From the NCBI GenBank assembly GCA_050273025.1, contig CP158636.1, positions 6,882,001 to 6,946,000 of the forward strand: a stretch of DNA of 64,000 nt, given 5' to 3'. The notes under the pieces are model-generated. The model worked only from the letters and a program-made list of their open reading frames with translations, did not search any database and had not been told where the DNA came from. The stretch is from Cenococcum geophilum (lineage: Eukaryota). The translations under genes and the position numbers were made by a program. Shown piece by piece: positions 58,201 to 64,000 of the stretch (position 1 is the first letter of the stretch; each line of letters starts with the position of its first letter).

Positions 58201-61200
58201 CCTTCTTTTAAATTAATTATATAATTATACTCCGAGTTCTATAGTAGGACTTTAGCTCTCCTACCTAAAAATACCCTGAGTAAATCCCTTAGGCCTACTA
58301 GAATATTTAATAAATTAGAGTCATATTTATCCTCTATATTATCGTTAGGTAGGTTTTAGAGCTCCCTTAGAATGCTCGCGGGCAGCGTCGTGCGCTATAG
58401 TGGTTGCTTATATATGGTTGCTACTATACGTTATACCGTTTTATACGGTAGCTAGTAAAGGGTAGGGAAATCCTTAACGCAGCGCTTAAGATGTTATAGT
58501 ATACTCTTTGCATATTACTTAAGCTAGAGTAACCTATAATGGTTAAAGTATTTCGTAAGATTCTTAAGATCGCCGCCTTCCTATAATGTCTCTGCGACCT
58601 ATCTAGCAGTTCCTTATAGGGTCTCCATTATAGAGGGGTTATTACCTATACTAGGCTCTATACCTATCTTGCTATTAAATAGGGGTTAAATCTAATACTC
58701 CTTTAGGTATAGAGCGTATACTATTTTGCCTAGGGCTATATTCTCTAGGATGTCCTTTAGGCTTATTAGTAATATACGCCCTTCTAAATCTTTATTGTTC
58801 TATTATTTAAAGGCTCCTGTTTTAAAGCGTATCTTAAAATCTACTTCTATAAGCTAAGGGTATCTAAGGATAAGGTTATAACCTATAAAGTTAGCCGCCT
58901 AAAAGGGTTACGGGCTAACTATCTTAATGCGGTTATATATATCGGCCGCTAACACTATAAGCTTATAGGCACTATATAGTTTAATCTAATACTTATCTAG
59001 GAAGCCTATAATAGGTTTCCGCCACCTTTATAATAGGATAAGTTTATACTTTTTTACTAAATTATATTATATAAGATTGATTTCGGCACCGCTATTATAT
59101 AGTGCTTAGAACTATTATACCTTACCTATAGGGAGTATTATTTCCAGCTTAATAGTAATATAGAGAGTTTCTCCTTTTATATCTTACCCTAGTTATAGCT
59201 AGAAAAATTCTACAACTAGGGCTTTTCTTTTTTTAGATTATTAGTGCAGTTATCGCCCTACTTATTTTTCTAATAGGATCTACCTCCGGAGTTTTCTCTT
59301 AACTTCTTAGAGTGTTTCCGTAAAGGCGCTAGATAGGTATTAGGTTAACCCTAAGAGTTTTTCCCGTTATTTAAGGTTCCTAACTTTAACCCTTTTAAAG
59401 TTCTCTTTAAGAACGGCTTCTTTAAAGGTTGGGTCTGCCCTACGTTACTACTAGAGTGCCCACGCTTTTAATAACCCCTTAGCTTTCTACTAGAAGAGGT
59501 CTAGTTTCTTACCGTATCTTTAGCGTTTAGAACTGCTCGTTTAAAATCTATATATATAGTAATCCGCAATAGGGCTCCTACGCGCTTTATTTTATTATAA
59601 ATTACTAGCTTAATTCTAGCCTAGATGAACCTAATCTTTTCCTTCTTATAGATGCTACTGTTCTTGTTTTTAAAGGGTTTTAAATCTATCTACTAAGCAT
59701 AAGTTTCTATAAAGTTTATAAACTAGCGGAAGTTATAGCGGTCTAGCTATATTCCATTCCAGAATAGCTCTATATTATTATATTATATAATATACGGATC
59801 TTAAGTCCATTTCTTTAGGAAGGTTTATAGCTATAGTTATATAGTAATTTACTCTTTATTAAGCTAATTAAGTGCGATCTAGTTTAGCAATTAGTCTTTA
59901 ATCTTACTAATAATCTAGTATATACGCTCTTTAGTATTATCTTATATTATTAGCATCTTAAAGAAGTTGTTTACCTTATAAACCCAATTATCTAACTACT
60001 GGGCGTTAGGTCTATAGCGGAGTTCTAGACTACTAGAGGCCTTAGCTAGTTAGTCTATATCCTTTTTCTATTTATAGCGTAGATAACTCTCTAAGTCTTC
60101 TATACCTCCTTAAGTAGGTACTAGGTAGCTCCTAGGAAGCCCTTAGCCTTAGCTAGGTTATAAAAGAATTTACCTAGTTTAGATTAAACCCTACTAGATC
60201 TAGATTTGCCCTTAGAGGGTTTTAATATATTTATTAGTAGCTTCTTTCCACATGGCTTCTGAGAGCCTTATAACAGCTTTCTAATATTTATCTTAGAGGA
60301 GATTAATATAGGGCTCTTAACCTTCTAAACTCGGGCCTAGGGAGGCTCCTGCTATAGAGGTAGTATTAGTACTAGTAGCTAGTATAGGCTTCCTAACGAG
60401 GCTCGGGTCTTAAGTTAGTAATTAGCTTAGATTACCTAAAGGGGTAGGCCCGCTTAGCTTGTAAGCAGTCTATATACCACTACTATACTAATTATAGGCC
60501 AGTAATCTTCCGAGAGGGTTCCGGTTAGTTCCCTAGTTAGATATATTAGTATATTCCTCTAGCATTTCTAACTTAGGGGAAGATCTTAAAGTCGCCTCTG
60601 GCGCTTAATCTTCTAATTAGCCTAGGTAGGGCCGGAGGGGTTTTAGCTACTTTCTAGTAGTATTGCAACCGTTATAGAGGGTATTTATATTTTCCTTAGC
60701 GTTATTAGTAACCGTAGGTATATAAAAGTCTTTAAGCTCCTAGAGTATTTGGGTATTAGGGCTTATTTAGCTATCTTGCCTAGAGGGTTATATTATTGCA
60801 ATCTCTTGCTATTAGAGGGACCTTCCTACCTTTGCGTAACGGCTTTCCATAAGGTATCTGTAGAGTTTCTATTTAGGTCATCGCAAGATTTTAAGGGAAG
60901 ATAGTAGTTATAAATAAAAGATATAAACAAACAATCTGGTCCTTAAAGCCGACTACCCTTCTAAAAAAGAGTAGGAAGGATTTAAATATAAGGGGATCTT
61001 ATAGATAGGGGGCTATAAGGACACGATTAGAATAGGATAGATTGGTAAGAAAGACGAATCCTTAAGGAGGTAAGGCCTCTGGGATTGTGGAGACTATATA
61101 CTACAGGCACGTGCCTCCGGCACATAACTGGCGACTATTTAAGGGGCGTTTGGGGGTTGTTTTAAGGGTAACCCGAGGTGTCCGTAATAATATCCCTTAT

Positions 61201-61201
61201 A
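52275..61201 (-). mobile_element. Ty3/Gypsy chromovirus 'F', full length 8.9 kb
   Basis: 215-bp LTRs 52275-52489 and 60987-61201; TSD TTAAC; reverse PPT poly-C at about 52493-52509; RT YLDDILIY at about 57715-57740, integrase, chromodomain at about 54860-55040. Confidence 0.96.
53544..54501 (+). pseudogene. Antisense accessory gene of Gypsy F: Cys cluster, 53-nt intron (53808-53860), helical then low-complexity C-terminus
   Basis: ATG 53544; WCQSC...C....C...CDQC.RIKSGSC; intact GTAAGC donor, CTAAC branch site (53841) and TAG acceptor; phase-0 splice gives PRPEW. Confidence 0.72.
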
Positions 61202-62511
61202 TTAACTAAGAGTAAGCGCATTACCTAAAGTGTTTTAGTATTAGAGATATATAAAATGGTTAGCGGAGTTAATATAGCAATTATAATTAGAACTACCCTA
61301 AAGATAATTATAGATTAACTTAAACTTTCTATTATCCCTATAATCGTATACACCGACTTATATTTCCTCTATAAGTATTTAATTAAGCTTAATACTATAA
61401 AGGAGAAGCGCCTTATAATTAATATTATAGCATTTTAGTAATCCTACGAGCGTTAAGAACTCTTTAAAATTTAATAGATTAATAGCTAAGATAACTTAGT
61501 AAATATAATAACGAAGGCGAACCTAAATAAAGCACTAGAGACGATTATTAATATAAATACTCTATATATATAAGTTAAAGGTTAGGTTAAAAGGGAGTTC
61601 CTAAAAATTTCTTAGTTATATAAGGTCTTAAGATATCTAGGAACTTTAACCAGCGGTTAAAGTTATTTAATTAGTTAGATTCTCTTACTAAGACTTTTTT
61701 AAAGGGGGGAGTATAATATTTTATAGACCCTAACTTAACCTAGTTAATTAGGATTTTCTATCCCTAGGATAGAAAATTGCTATTAGCTCGCTTACTACTA
61801 GCGCCTTAGTAGCCCTCTAAATAAGATATCTACCTATAACTCCTAAGTAAGAAAGCACTACGTACTAAAAGGCAAATTTTAGAATAGTAAGACTTATATT
61901 ATAATAGCAATAGTAAGTAAAAAGGATTAATATTTATTATATTAGTCAAGCGGTATATATATATAGATAGTAACCGTAAAAGAAGAGTTGCTAGTGTTAG
62001 GAATATAGGCAAGTTGCTATTATATAAGGTAAGTTGCCGTTACGTAAGGCAAGTTGCCGTTACGTATTGCCGCGGCACTAGCGTAGTAAGGAGCCTTAAG
62101 CTCCTTGCCCTTCCTTAAGTAGGAATAATAAAAAATTATTATTATTATCATACTATCTACGAACCGTAGTTACGTAATATTACCTTATGTAACCAACACT
62201 ATCTTTATATTAAAATTGGTAATAGTTAAAGTACTTCTTACTTCTTTATATAAGAGGTCTTCTTATATACGCATATTCTGTATACTTAAACGTATTTCTG
62301 TATATAGTTGTGCATTATAGGCTAGTAATATACTTATTAGATAATCTTATAGGTCTTTATATAGCTAGGATGCCCTACTATAGGGGAATTATATACAAAT
62401 TCGAGTATTTTAAATTGTAATGGTTTAGAATTTAGGACTATTATCTTTTATTAATAGTATAACTAATTATTATAGATTTTGTATTTAGCGAGTGTAATAT
62501 CCTTATATTAC

Positions 62512-64000
62512 TGTTGGTTATATAAGGTAATATTACATAGCTATGGTTTGTAGATAGTATAATAATTATTATTCTGTGTATCTTAATAAGGGATAGCAAG
62601 GAGCTTAAGGCTCCTCGCTACACTAGTGCCGCGGCGATACGTGACGGCAATATGCCTTATATGGTGACTATTTGCCTTTATTCCCAACACTAGTAACTCT
62701 TTTTTTATAGTTGCCATCTATATATATATACCGCTTAACTAGCGGAATAAAAATTAATCCTTTTTACTTACTATTGCCATTATAATATAAGTCTCGCTGT
62801 TTTAAAATTTGCCTCTTAATACGTGGTGCTTTCTTGCTTATAAGTTATAGGTAGGTATCTTATTAGTAAGGCCGCTAAGGCGCTAGCGGTAAGCGAGCTA
62901 ATAGCGATTTTTTATCCCAGGGATAGAAAATCCTAATTAGCTAGTTTAAGTTAGGGTCTATAGAATATTATACTCCCCCCTTTAAAAAAGTCTTAGTAAG
63001 AGAATCTAACTAATTAAATAACTTTAACCGCCGGTTAAAGTTTCTAGATATCTTAAGACCTTACGTAACTAAGAAATTTCTAAGGACTCCCTTTTAACCT
63101 AACCTTTAACTTGTATATATAGAGTATTTATATTAATAAACGTCTCTAGTGCCTTATTTAGGTTCGCCTTTATTATTATATTTATTAAGTTATCTTAGCC
63201 ATTAATCTATTAAATCTTAAAGAGTTTTTAACGCTTATAGGATTGCTAAAGTGCTATAATATTAATTATAAGGCGCTTTTCCTTTGTAGTATTAAGCTTA
63301 ACTAAACACTTATAAAGGGAATATAAGTTAGTATATACGATTATAGGGATAATAGGAAGTTTAAGTTAATCTATAATTATCTTTAGGGTAGTTCCAATTA
63401 TAATTACTATATTAACTTTGCTAACTATTCTATATATCTCTAACGCTAAAATACTTTAGGTAACGCGCTTACTCTTAGTTAAGCTCTAATAGATAAGATT
63501 GCTATAAATTATAAAGTTATTCTCTTTAGTAAATTTATTCGTAATAATAATTTTATATCCTAACTAAAAGTTAAAATCTTTATTATTTATAAACAATCCA
63601 TTAATAAATATAAAGAGCTTAGTGGTAAGAAGATTAATAGGCATATAGAGTAGTTCCCAATTAAGATGGTTTATTTGCTAGAAAAGATATTTATTTAGGG
63701 CAAGAATATTATCCTTAGTTAGTTCCTAGTGTTAGGTAATAATAGAGAGATTAAATAAAGCCTTAAGTTAATAGATAGAAGTAATATAAGCTCCGCAAGC
63801 GCGTTACTCCATATATCCTTACTTTAGGGAATTTACATTAATAACGTTAATCTTCTTACCTTAACCCTTCTAGCGTAAAGCAATAGAATCCTTATTTAGG
63901 GAGAGGATATATCTATTAAAAAGTAATAGTGTTATTAAATTAAGCTTTTCCTTTAGCTTTACTATAAGATTTGCCTTTACTAGCTTATTCTCTTTAAGAG
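62512..64000 (-). mobile_element. Ty1/Copia 'C3', same family as C2 (3' LTR, 3' UTR, RNase H, RT end); continues beyond the window
   Basis: LTR 62512-62689; reverse complement of C2 regions 51760-52274 and 61207-62198. Confidence 0.93.

Larger units (their letters stand above)
47241..62198 (+). mobile_element. Ty1/Copia (GalEa-like) 'C2', interrupted by Gypsy F
   Basis: LTRs 47241-47404 and 61995-62198; TSD CTATC; CTAATTAGT after the 5' LTR; gag-pol relic 47761-61615 (DTGAA, LHR.FG.P, G.QTDD, HWSS|TKSKRITRS). Confidence 0.95.
39143..62511 (-). mobile_element. Gypsy chromovirus 'E' (3' part: LTR, 3' UTR, chromodomain, integrase), split by the YR element, C2 and C3; 5' part outside window
   Basis: Probable LTR about 39143-39403 (left edge uncertain, no mate in window) with reverse PPT 39404-39417; chromodomain halves YFVDSIDDM (about 46297-46323) and RW...FELLIKW.GY (about 39905-39962); integrase 46330-47240 and 62204-62511. 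Confidence 0.85.

Overview
AT-rich fungal (filamentous ascomycete-type) transposon graveyard with no intact host gene. Nearly every coding relic is destroyed by RIP-like C>T/G>A transitions (TpA excess, TAA/TAG at Gln/Trp/Arg codons), so all proteins quoted are my manual de-RIP reconstructions. TSDs and LTR pairs resolve most of the nesting. A CryptonF relic (19973-37810) is flanked or split by Gypsy A (<1-19972) and by a 2.2-kb non-LTR element (20807-37777). Gypsy A contains Gypsy B and a short LINE-type tail, which itself hosts a gag-only LTR element D. The 2.2-kb element hosts a GalEa-type Copia carrying a PIF-like MITE and a second Gypsy A copy. A third Gypsy (E, from about 39143) hosts a tyrosine-recombinase (Ngaro-like) retroelement split by a Fot1/pogo transposon, plus two more GalEa Copias, one containing Gypsy F. 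Most notable: (1) a complete HDV-like ribozyme fold starting exactly at the 5' junction of the apparently RT-less 2.2-kb retroposon; (2) antisense, intron-containing Cys-cluster genes in the 3' regions of two different Gypsy families; (3) CCAAT-linked palindromic cassettes shared by Gypsy, Copia and YR elements; (4) an inverted copy of the predicted circle junction in the YR element leader.
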